Origin: a candidate division FCPU426 bacterium
Lineage (GTDB): Bacteria; Oederibacteriota; JAAXVQ01; JAUVAV01
DNA: 19,697 nucleotides
Assembly: GCA_030637655.1 (NCBI GenBank)
Contig: DAOWGI010000030.1
Coordinates: 1 to 19,697 of the forward strand
Direction of reading: 5' to 3'
Shown here: piece by piece, positions 8,775 through 16,143 of the stretch
Position numbering within the stretch: the first letter of the stretch is position 1
Layout of the letters: each line of letters begins with the position of its first letter
Translations under genes and position numbers: made by a program
The notes under the pieces: generated by a model
Seen by the model: only the letters and a program-made list of their open reading frames with translations
Database searches by the model: none
What the model was told of the DNA's origin: nothing

Positions 8775-8804
8775 GGGAAGACGATGAAAAGGGGGAGCGA
8801 GAGT

Positions 8805-9296
8805 ATGCTTGAGCAGGTTACGAAGCAAAAAGGTTTTTTAGATATTACATTTAGCCCGTTCTGGGAGTTTGTGCCGTTTACCCGGAACTATATTTACAAA
8901 ATTGCCTCGCGCTACTTGCAGTGCGACAAAAAAAAGAATAAAGTCGTATTGACAGTTTCAGAGTTGCTGGAGAATGGGATCAAGTATTCGGAAAAACCAG
9001 GAGTTCGTTTATGCATTAAGAATTTTTCCTGCACACCTCTGGAAGTCAGTGTTTTTAATTATGCGTGCAAGCCTCGGGTAGAAAAGCTATTTCAAACACT
9101 CAGTGAAATGGCAACTGCCAATGCCCTGGAATATTATATTAAAAAGCTGAAAGAATCGGTGAACACCAAAGCCGGCCAGGCCAATATCGGGTTGGCACGC
9201 ATAAATTTTGAAGCGGGACCGAAAATTAGTGCGCAATATATGGATAATGATCTTTTGGAAGTGAAAGCTATGTTCTATTTTGAGGAGGAACGATAA
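8805..9296 (+). CDS. Atypical HATPase_c-like Ser/Thr kinase or anti-sigma-type protein (Slr1658/SiaB-like)
   Basis: N-box SELLENGIKY. VSVFN stands where the G1 DxG would be, and NIGLARI is G2-like. Start moved from 8640 to ATG 8805, which follows GGGGGAG; the extra 55 codons are repeat DNA. Its stop is 2 bp before STAS-like paralog 3. Confidence 0.75.
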   Translation: MLEQVTKQKGFLDITFSPFWEFVPFTRNYIYKIASRYLQCDKKKNKVVLTVSELLENGIKYSEKPGVRLCIKNFSCTPLEVSVFNYACKPRVEKLFQTLSEMATANALEYYIKKLKESVNTKAGQANIGLARINFEAGPKISAQYMDNDLLEVKAMFYFEEER

Positions 9297-9298
9297 TC

Positions 9299-9667
9299 AT
9301 GTTAAATATCAAACCCATCGAAAGCAACGGTATCCGGCTTCAAGCCAAAGACGACACCGTTACCATAAGCGGCAGTGTTGATATTAGCAATGCCAACAAA
9401 AATCTTTTGACATTTTTTGAAGAAGTGCATAAAAACATACAAGCTAAGCATATGAGAAAAGTGTTTGTGGACGTGACGGAACTGAAGTTTATAAACTCAG
9501 CCGGCATTAAGGAAATTGTTACCTGGATTATGAAATTAAACGATATGCCGGAAAAAGAACGGTACACTATTGTGTTCCAATGCAATCCGGAAATTTCCTG
9601 GCAAGAGTTAACCATTACCTCGTTGGTATGGCTGAATCAAAAATATATTAAAAGCGAGAATATTTAA
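9299..9667 (+). CDS. STAS-like protein (Slr1659/SiaC-like), paralog 3
   Basis: VFVDVTELKFINSAGIKE and FQCNPEISWQ. GAGGAGG SD lies inside the end of the kinase gene. Confidence 0.8.
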   Translation: MLNIKPIESNGIRLQAKDDTVTISGSVDISNANKNLLTFFEEVHKNIQAKHMRKVFVDVTELKFINSAGIKEIVTWIMKLNDMPEKERYTIVFQCNPEISWQELTITSLVWLNQKYIKSENI

Positions 9668-9813
9668 GCAACGGAAATAAACACAGCAGCGGTTTGAAGG
9701 GGAAAATTCGCGCCGGCAATTCATGCCCCTCACCCCTTTTTTATATTGGTTCGTATTCTCCGGGAGGTATAATCGTTCCCGGCCTGACCTCTCTTCCCTT
9801 TTGACCGGATACT

Positions 9814-9841
9814 GTAGAGACGCGATTAATCGCATCTCTAC
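9814..9841. repeat. GTAG-family REP palindrome
   Basis: GTAGAGACGCGATTAATCGCATCTCTAC, a 28-bp palindrome with one mispair and GTAG termini. Confidence 0.7.
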
Positions 9842-9879
9842 GACTCACCCTCCCAGCGCGATAAATATTTAACCCGGAG

Positions 9880-9910
9880 TTGACAAATAATTATACACAG
9901 CGTATAGATT
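9880..9910 (+). promoter_or_regulatory. Sigma70-type promoter of the tetR-efflux operon
   Basis: Perfect TTGACA at 9880-9885. TATAGA at 17-bp spacing (9903-9908) or TAGATT at 19-bp spacing. Confidence 0.55.
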
Positions 9911-9938
9911 TAATTAAACTATACGCTGTGTATAATTA
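9888..9938. promoter_or_regulatory. Double operator, probably bound by the downstream TetR
   Basis: Perfect 20-bp arms TAATTATACACAGCGTATAG / CTATACGCTGTGTATAATTA. Each arm holds a quasi-palindromic TATAC-N5-GTATA box. Overlaps the promoter spacer, -10 and predicted +1. Confidence 0.7.
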
Positions 9939-9950
9939 AATAGTAAGTAT

Positions 9951-9984
9951 AACAGAACCACAGGTTTGCACCTGTGGTTCTGTT
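9951..9984. repeat. AACCACAGG-N6-CCTGTGGTT hairpin, second copy of the 24-61 motif
   Basis: Perfect 14-bp stem AACAGAACCACAGG-tttgca-CCTGTGGTTCTGTT. Confidence 0.65.
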
Positions 9985-10059
9985 GACGTGAGTTGTTCGC
10001 CTGCAGCGAAGCGTCCTAACCTTTTAACGATTACTCAGGTCAGGGCAGCGACATTCACT

Positions 10060-10095
10060 CGTTTCCGCGATGGGTTTTGACTCATCGCGGAAACG
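10060..10095. repeat. Strong hairpin just upstream of the tetR RBS
   Basis: CGTTTCCGCGATGGGT-tttg-ACTCATCGCGGAAACG, a 16-bp stem with one G-T pair. Confidence 0.6.
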
Positions 10096-10121
10096 AAAAC
10101 ACGTTAAGGAGCCGGATAAAA

Positions 10122-10871
10122 ATGAGCAGACCCTCAAAAAACACGGACGAAAAACTTATCAAAGCCGCTTTGGAACTTTTGCCCACTACCGGTTATTCCG
10201 GTCTGTCTATGCGGACAGTGGCGAAAAAAGCCGGTGTCAATCTGGGGATGTTTCATTATCATTTTAAAAATAAAGAAGCCTTTATCCAACGAGTTACATC
10301 CTCATTTTATGAGGAGTTTTTCAGGAAATTCACCTTAGAGATTGAGAGCGGGAAGGATACTGAAGAGCAATTGCGTAAAGCCATCCGGACCCTGGTTTTT
10401 TTTGGCCGGGACAATCGCAAACTGGTGGTAGCCATGATTAAGGATGTCCTGGACGGCAACCGGCAATTAGTACGTATGCTGGAGGAGTTTGTTCCCCGGC
10501 ACGGGATCGTCCTCGTCCGTTTGCTGCGGGAATGCCAAAAGCAGGGGGTGGTTGCCAAGGCGCCGCTGCCTTTGGTGATGACCTATTTTATGGGCGCCAT
10601 GCTCGGACCGGTCATTATGGCAGCTGTATTGGAACGGGTGAGGCTGCGCCCACCTTATGATCTGGTTAAAAAAACAGCTGTGCCGTATATACTTTCAGAC
10701 AAAGTAATTGAAAAACGGCTGGATATGGTGCTGCGCGGTATAGTACCTATGGATATGCAAGGATTGGATGAGAAACAATGGGAAAAACGATTTGAGGCAT
10801 TCTTGAAAAGTATGGAGAAAGATCAGAAAAAGGGCAGTACGAAGCCCAAGCAAAAAAGCAGTCGGAAATGA
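10122..10871 (+). CDS. TetR/AcrR-family transcriptional regulator
   Basis: N-terminal HTH LIKAALELL..GYSGLSMRTVAKKAGVNLGMFHYHFKNKE. ATG 10122 follows AAGGAG; the track's TTG start at 10077 lies in a hairpin loop. Confidence 0.92.
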   Translation: MSRPSKNTDEKLIKAALELLPTTGYSGLSMRTVAKKAGVNLGMFHYHFKNKEAFIQRVTSSFYEEFFRKFTLEIESGKDTEEQLRKAIRTLVFFGRDNRKLVVAMIKDVLDGNRQLVRMLEEFVPRHGIVLVRLLRECQKQGVVAKAPLPLVMTYFMGAMLGPVIMAAVLERVRLRPPYDLVKKTAVPYILSDKVIEKRLDMVLRGIVPMDMQGLDEKQWEKRFEAFLKSMEKDQKKGSTKPKQKSSRK

Positions 10872-10929
10872 AAGGAGGCCGTATCATGTCAGTGAAGCGG
10901 GAAAAACCTAATCCGGATAAACAGGAACC

Positions 10930-11028
10930 AAAATTAACCGCCGATGAACGCAGATATTTATAGCTTAAGATATAAAAAAAATTTAATCTGTAATCCGTAT
11001 TTATCGGCGTTCATCGGCGGTTAATTTT
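10930..11028. repeat. TTAACCGCCGATGAACGCAGAT-type long inverted repeat (MITE-like)
   Basis: 10930-10956 matches the reverse complement of 11002-11028 at 26/27, with an AT-rich spacer. Confidence 0.75.
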
Positions 11029-11070
11029 CTTTTCATTAGTTTACTGACATATTACAGGAGGCCGGTGATC

Positions 11071-12435
11071 ATGAAACGAAGCATGCTAGGTTTAAGTCTT
11101 ATCATAATGTTGGCCGGTTCGGTTTGGGGTGAAGCGCAGCGAATACAGATCACCTTAGACCAAGCAGAAAAACAAGCATTGACCCATTCTCCGCAGCTCA
11201 AAGCCAAACAGCAGGAGTGGAGAGCTGCTCGTGCCAAAGCCGGTAGTCAGTCAGCCTTGTTGTGGCCAAAGCTCAGCCTGGAAGGTAGTGTTAATTATGT
11301 TACTGAAGTCCCGGAATTCGAGATCGCCTTGCCTTTGCCCAATGCCGAACCCATGAAATTGGCCATGGGAGATAATCTGAATTATTCCCTGGGACTGCAA
11401 GCGGTCTGGAATATCTGGGATTCTTTTGCCATTCGCGCCGGCGCCGCGGCCTTACATAGGGTTGCAGATGCCAAGCAGAGCGAAATATCCGCTTGGGAGC
11501 GAGAAGTACGCCTGCAAACCCGCTTGGTATATTTTCAGACGCAGCTTGCTTTGGAGCGCGTGAATCTTTTACTGGAAGCACTCCAATTGGTCAAGGCCCA
11601 GAACCGTGATATTCAGGCCAAAGCTCAAGTTGGGGCGTCCAGCCGGATTGATTATCTTTCCAGCGAATTGGATGTGATTGCCCGAAAACGGCAGTTACGC
11701 GAAGCCAGAAACGACTTGGCAGCCGCCATTCGGACACTTCTCAATCTGATGGGGCAGGACGCAGAAATGGATGTGAACCTGCCTTTGGGAGAAAAACAGA
11801 CCAAACGACTGCCCCGGGGAGTGGCTCAACCCACAATAATAATTACCCTGGACCTAACGGATATTTCCCAAGCCAAGTTGGAATCAGCACAAAAGGGGCG
11901 GTTGAGTACAGAACACCCGAATCTGCGCTCTCTGGTCGCACTCACTGAGGCAGCGCAACAAATGGCGCGCAGTGCGGGTTCCGGGTATTGGCCGCAAGTC
12001 TATGTGCAGGCTAAAACCAGTTTGGATTATCCCAATGGTTCGGTTCTGGAGGAAGTACACCAGACTGTAGTCAGCGCCGCGGTAAGTTGGCCGTTATGGC
12101 AAAATGGCCGGACCGGCGCGCTCGTCAGAGAGCAAGCAGCACAAGTCCAAGCACGTGAGGCGTTGCAGGAGCAGACAAAAAGAAAGTTACAATTGACCTG
12201 GGAAAATGCGCAGGATCGGTTTGTTCAGCTGATGGATGTTCAGAAGCTCAATGTCAAAGCTGTTCAACATTCTGAAGCCCTGGCACACTTGGTGTACAAA
12301 GCCTATCAGGCAGGACGGGTGAAATATTTGGAAGTACAGGGAGCTAATTTACGCGTCCTGGAAGCAAGCACACAAGCCGCGATCACTGATACCCAAATTT
12401 TAATCCAGCTGGCATTGCTGGATAGTTTGTCTTAG
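11071..12435 (+). CDS. TolC-family outer-membrane efflux protein
   Basis: Signal peptide and two OEP repeats (LWPKLSLEGS, YWPQVYVQA, VSWPLWQNG, YQAGRVKYLEV). AGGAGG 9 nt before ATG 11071. Confidence 0.9.
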   Translation: MKRSMLGLSLIIMLAGSVWGEAQRIQITLDQAEKQALTHSPQLKAKQQEWRAARAKAGSQSALLWPKLSLEGSVNYVTEVPEFEIALPLPNAEPMKLAMGDNLNYSLGLQAVWNIWDSFAIRAGAAALHRVADAKQSEISAWEREVRLQTRLVYFQTQLALERVNLLLEALQLVKAQNRDIQAKAQVGASSRIDYLSSELDVIARKRQLREARNDLAAAIRTLLNLMGQDAEMDVNLPLGEKQTKRLPRGVAQPTIIITLDLTDISQAKLESAQKGRLSTEHPNLRSLVALTEAAQQMARSAGSGYWPQVYVQAKTSLDYPNGSVLEEVHQTVVSAAVSWPLWQNGRTGALVREQAAQVQAREALQEQTKRKLQLTWENAQDRFVQLMDVQKLNVKAVQHSEALAHLVYKAYQAGRVKYLEVQGANLRVLEASTQAAITDTQILIQLALLDSLS

Positions 12436-12450
12436 AAAGGGGAATTAATT

Positions 12451-13197
12451 ATGAAAAAAACGCACAAACTCAGACCAGTTATTGCGCTGCTGGTTTTAGC
12501 CGGCATAGGCTTTGCCATTTGGTGGTTTACACGACCAGGAGACTTTTTGTATGCCGGGACGATTGAAGGTACTGAGATCACACTATCTGCTCGTGTATCC
12601 TCAGTGATCAATTCCAGTTTAGTTAAAGAAGGGGATGCCGTGGAAAAAGATCAAGTACTCCTTACCTTGGCAGGAGAAGACTTGAAACTGGCAGCCGATT
12701 TGGCAGCCAAGGAATTCGATCGGGCCCAGCGGTTATTAAAAAGCGGATCTTTAACTCAAGCGGATTTTGATAAACTCAAGTTCCAACGGGATAAGGCAAA
12801 GTTGGCTATGGAGTGGTGCCTGATTCAAGCTGCGCGATCCGGACGTGTGGAGCACATATACAAAAAAGTTGGTGAGTTGGTTGCTCCGGGCATGCAATTG
12901 GTGACGTTGACCAATATTGAAGAAGTATGGGCGTATATATATGTAGAGCAGCCCAAACTGGCTGTGCTTTCACAGGGCATGGAAGTACAGGGTATTCTGC
13001 CGGAAATGCCGGAAAAGAAATTTGTCGGTACTATTGCCAGGATACGTGATCAAGCCGAGTTTACACCCAAGAATGTACAAACGCGCAATGAGCGCGCACG
13101 TCTGGTCTATGGTGTAAAAGTGGTCTTTGTCAATCCTGATAAAATATTAAAACCCGGTATGACAATTGAGGTGAAATTACCGGAAAACAAAAAATAA
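12451..13197 (+). CDS. HlyD-family periplasmic adaptor (YbhG-like)
   Basis: N-terminal TM, lipoyl-like VKEGDAVEKDQVL, AEFTPKNVQT..ER..LVY, LKPGM. Confidence 0.9.
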   Translation: MKKTHKLRPVIALLVLAGIGFAIWWFTRPGDFLYAGTIEGTEITLSARVSSVINSSLVKEGDAVEKDQVLLTLAGEDLKLAADLAAKEFDRAQRLLKSGSLTQADFDKLKFQRDKAKLAMEWCLIQAARSGRVEHIYKKVGELVAPGMQLVTLTNIEEVWAYIYVEQPKLAVLSQGMEVQGILPEMPEKKFVGTIARIRDQAEFTPKNVQTRNERARLVYGVKVVFVNPDKILKPGMTIEVKLPENKK

Positions 13198-13337
13198 TTC
13201 ACCGCGGAGACGCTGAGGACGCAGAGAAAACATACGATTTAAAGCCAAAACAGAATAGAACAGAGGAGCAATAGGTGTCTTTGCTTTTAAGATTTTATCC
13301 TATCATTCCTCTGTGTTCTCTGTGTCTCCGTGGTGAA
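13198..13337. repeat. TTCACC(G/A)CGGAGAC..CAGAG-type long inverted repeat (MITE-like)
   Basis: 13198-13226 matches the reverse complement of 13309-13337 at 24/29; starts immediately after the adaptor stop codon. Confidence 0.7.
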
Positions 13338-13361
13338 ATGATTTTAAAAAGGATGATGGTA

Positions 13362-14096
13362 ATGTCACAGATCAGCATCACGGTCGACAACCTACACAAA
13401 AAAATGGGAGCTACCCTGGCGCTAAAGGGAATTACCACCCGGTTTGAACCGGCGCGCTTGCATGGTATTATCGGACCGGATGGAGCGGGTAAAACTACTT
13501 TCATCCGCATTTTGGTCGGGTTGCTAACTCCTAATCAAGGAAGTATTCAATTTTATCAAGGTGAGCAGCCGATAGCCTTTCAAAGCATCAGGCCTAAAAT
13601 TGCCTATATGCCGCAGCAACAAAGTTTGTATGCGGATCTTTCAGTAGGCGAACACCTGGATTTTTTCAAAGATATGTATGTTATTCCCAGCGAGGTTTAT
13701 ATCACACGCCGGGCAGAGCTTTTACGCCTGACCCGCATGGAGCCGTTTCAAGATCGGGTAGCCGGGAAATTATCCGGTGGGATGTATAAAAAATTGGGGC
13801 TCATGTGCGCGCTCTTGCAGTCTCCGGACGTGGTATTTTTAGATGAACCGACCAATGGAGTGGATCCGATCAGCCGGCGTGAATTCTGGGAACTGCTCTA
13901 CCGCTTACTCCAGCAAAAAATATTGGTAATTATATCTACCGCCTATATGGATGAAGCGGAGCGGTGCTCCCGGGTACACGTTCTGGAGGAAGGAAGGATT
14001 CTTAGCACGGGAGAACCACGCAGCATATTGAAGAGAGAAAACGTGGACAATTTCGAAGATTTTTTTGTGAAATATTCCGAGAGGGTGAAACCATGA
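13362..14096 (+). CDS. ABC transporter ATP-binding protein (YbhF N-half-like)
   Basis: Walker A GPDGAGKTT, signature LSGGM, Walker B VFLDEPT, switch STAYMDEAE. Start moved from 13275 because that extension translates the repeat arm; ATG 13353 or 13356 are alternatives. Confidence 0.9.
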   Translation: MSQISITVDNLHKKMGATLALKGITTRFEPARLHGIIGPDGAGKTTFIRILVGLLTPNQGSIQFYQGEQPIAFQSIRPKIAYMPQQQSLYADLSVGEHLDFFKDMYVIPSEVYITRRAELLRLTRMEPFQDRVAGKLSGGMYKKLGLMCALLQSPDVVFLDEPTNGVDPISRREFWELLYRLLQQKILVIISTAYMDEAERCSRVHVLEEGRILSTGEPRSILKRENVDNFEDFFVKYSERVKP

Positions 14097-15025
14097 GCAA
14101 AGCTCCCCCCCTGGTAGTGGATGTTCAGGATTTAACCATACGTTTTGGATCGTTTGTTGCTGTCAATCGCATTTCCTTTTCCGTGAAGCAGGGCGAGATA
14201 TTCGGGTTTTTAGGCGCTAATGGCGCGGGAAAAACCACCACCATCCGCATGCTCTGCGGTTTACTTATTCCCAATGAAGGGGAAGCGTATATTTCAGGTA
14301 TTAGTATTCATCAGGATGTGCAGGCCATAAAAACCAAGGTTGGGTATATGTCCCAACATTTCACCCTCTACAATGATTTAACCGTAGCGGAAAATCTCGC
14401 GTTTGCCGCTGATTTGCGCAAGCTGGAGGAAACCGCGTTGGAAAAACGAAAAAAAGAACTTTTTCAATTTGTCGACTTTACCTACCCGGAAAAAATCCTG
14501 GTAAAAAATTTGCCAGGGGGTGTGAAGCAGCAGATATCTCTGGCCACGGCCATATTGCACGATCCGGATATTATTTTTCTTGACGAGCCCACAGCAGGAG
14601 TCGCGCCGTTGGTTCGTGCGAAGTTTTGGAAACTGATCAACAAATTAGCCCGTGCCGGCAAAACCGTATTTGTAACCACGCACTATCTGGATGAGGCAGA
14701 GCAATGCGATCGTATCGCGCTCATGCGGGACGGTGAAATTATCGCTTTGGATACACCGAAAAAATTAAAACAAAAAACCTTTCCCGAGCCATTGTTGGAA
14801 ATTGAACCGCCCCTGGGCGCTTCCCGGTCCTGGATGGACAAGTTAAAAGTAGATCCGAAGATAGCCGTGATTCAAGCTTACGGCCGGCGGTATCATGTTC
14901 TGGTCAAAAACGGGAAGGAATGGAAAAAAATCAGTCGCAAGCTGCCCCGGGACTACCTACTGCGTAAGATTCAACCCTCTTTGGAAGATGTATTTATTCG
15001 ACAAGTGGAAGGTGATCCGGCATGA
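14093..15025 (+). CDS. ABC transporter ATP-binding protein (YbhF C-half-like)
   Basis: GANGAGKTT, LPGGVKQQ, IFLDEPT, TTHYLDEAE, C-terminal PSLEDVFI. ATGA overlap with both neighbours. Confidence 0.92.
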   Translation: MSKAPPLVVDVQDLTIRFGSFVAVNRISFSVKQGEIFGFLGANGAGKTTTIRMLCGLLIPNEGEAYISGISIHQDVQAIKTKVGYMSQHFTLYNDLTVAENLAFAADLRKLEETALEKRKKELFQFVDFTYPEKILVKNLPGGVKQQISLATAILHDPDIIFLDEPTAGVAPLVRAKFWKLINKLARAGKTVFVTTHYLDEAEQCDRIALMRDGEIIALDTPKKLKQKTFPEPLLEIEPPLGASRSWMDKLKVDPKIAVIQAYGRRYHVLVKNGKEWKKISRKLPRDYLLRKIQPSLEDVFIRQVEGDPA

Positions 15026-16143
15026 GCGAAGTATTCCGTTGGAGCCGGGCTTTTTCAGTGGCACGCAAGGAAGTACGCCATGTGTGGCGGGATCCCTTTA
15101 CCCTGGCCTGGTCCATCGGACTGCCGTTGATTCTGGTAATTTTCTTTGGGTATGCCATTGATTTTAATGTGCGCGATGTCCAACTGAATATAGCTGACCG
15201 GGACAATACCCGGGCTTCCCGCCAATTTTTACAGCAATTTTCCAGCTCGCAATATTTTAAATTAAAGCATGTCAAGCCGGGTGAGAACGTGCGCCGGGAT
15301 TTGGACCAGGAGCGAATTAAAGGGGTGCTGATTATTGAACCGGGTTTTGGCAGAGCGGTAGGCGCCAAACAGCCAACCACGGTGCAGCTACTGCTGGATG
15401 GAGCGGATAATTCAACAGTGGGAATAATAATAGGGTATGTAGCCGGCATACAAAAAGCAGTCCAACAAAAATTGTATGGAGAGCGGAAAATCATGCCCCT
15501 ACAAATGAAAAGCCGGTTCCTGTTCAATCAGGAGCAGAGCAGCCAATGGTTTATTGTACCGGGACTGGTCGTGATCGTAGTAGGGTTGCTTTCCATATTA
15601 CTAACCGCTCTGACTGTAGCCCGGGAATGGGAAAACGGTTCCATGGAATTGTTGCTGAGCACACCGGTGAAACCGCTGGAAATTATATTGGGGAAATTAG
15701 CGCCCTATTTGGTTATTGTGCTTATCAGTGCGGGATTGGTTTATCTCATTGCCCGTTTTCAATTTGGAATACCTTTTCGCGGCAGCCATTTGCTGTTTGT
15801 CGGAGGAGTAATTTTATTTTTAACGTTGTGTTTGGCCCAGGGGTTGCTGATTTCCGTCATCACCCGCCAGCAGCAATTGGCCATGATGCTCTCGTTTATA
15901 TCCGGTTTATTGCCTACACTTTTGCTGTCCGGGTTTATTTTTCCGATTGAGAGCATGCCCAAATTTTTTTATTACTTTACATATATATTGGCTCCGCGCT
16001 GGTTTATGGTGATCAGCCGCGGATTATTTTTAAAAGGCGCAGGGATTTATGAACTGGCAGAGCCGTTGCTTATGCTTTTACTATTGAATATTATTCTGGT
16101 CGTAGTTGCCATTAAAAGTTTCAAGCAGGATATGGAACCATGA
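15022..16143 (+). CDS. ABC-2 type permease (YbhS-like)
   Basis: KEVRHVWRD, FGYAI, VPGL, AREWENGSMELLLSTP, LLSGFIFPIESMP. Confidence 0.92.
   Translation: MSEVFRWSRAFSVARKEVRHVWRDPFTLAWSIGLPLILVIFFGYAIDFNVRDVQLNIADRDNTRASRQFLQQFSSSQYFKLKHVKPGENVRRDLDQERIKGVLIIEPGFGRAVGAKQPTTVQLLLDGADNSTVGIIIGYVAGIQKAVQQKLYGERKIMPLQMKSRFLFNQEQSSQWFIVPGLVVIVVGLLSILLTALTVAREWENGSMELLLSTPVKPLEIILGKLAPYLVIVLISAGLVYLIARFQFGIPFRGSHLLFVGGVILFLTLCLAQGLLISVITRQQQLAMMLSFISGLLPTLLLSGFIFPIESMPKFFYYFTYILAPRWFMVISRGLFLKGAGIYELAEPLLMLLLLNIILVVVAIKSFKQDMEP

Noticed and set aside
8640-8804. N-terminal 55 codons of the kinase ORF, and TGGCAC at 8641 as a sigma54 site
   Set aside because: The codons translate repeat DNA and a better SD precedes 8805. 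TGGCAC has no TTGC at the -12 position.
9608-10267. ORFs 9608..9835 (-) and 10070..10267 (+)
   Set aside because: Both start inside palindromic repeats and overlap real genes.
13275-13361. N-terminal extension of ATPase 1 (..PLCSLCLRGE..)
   Set aside because: Translation of the repeat's right arm.
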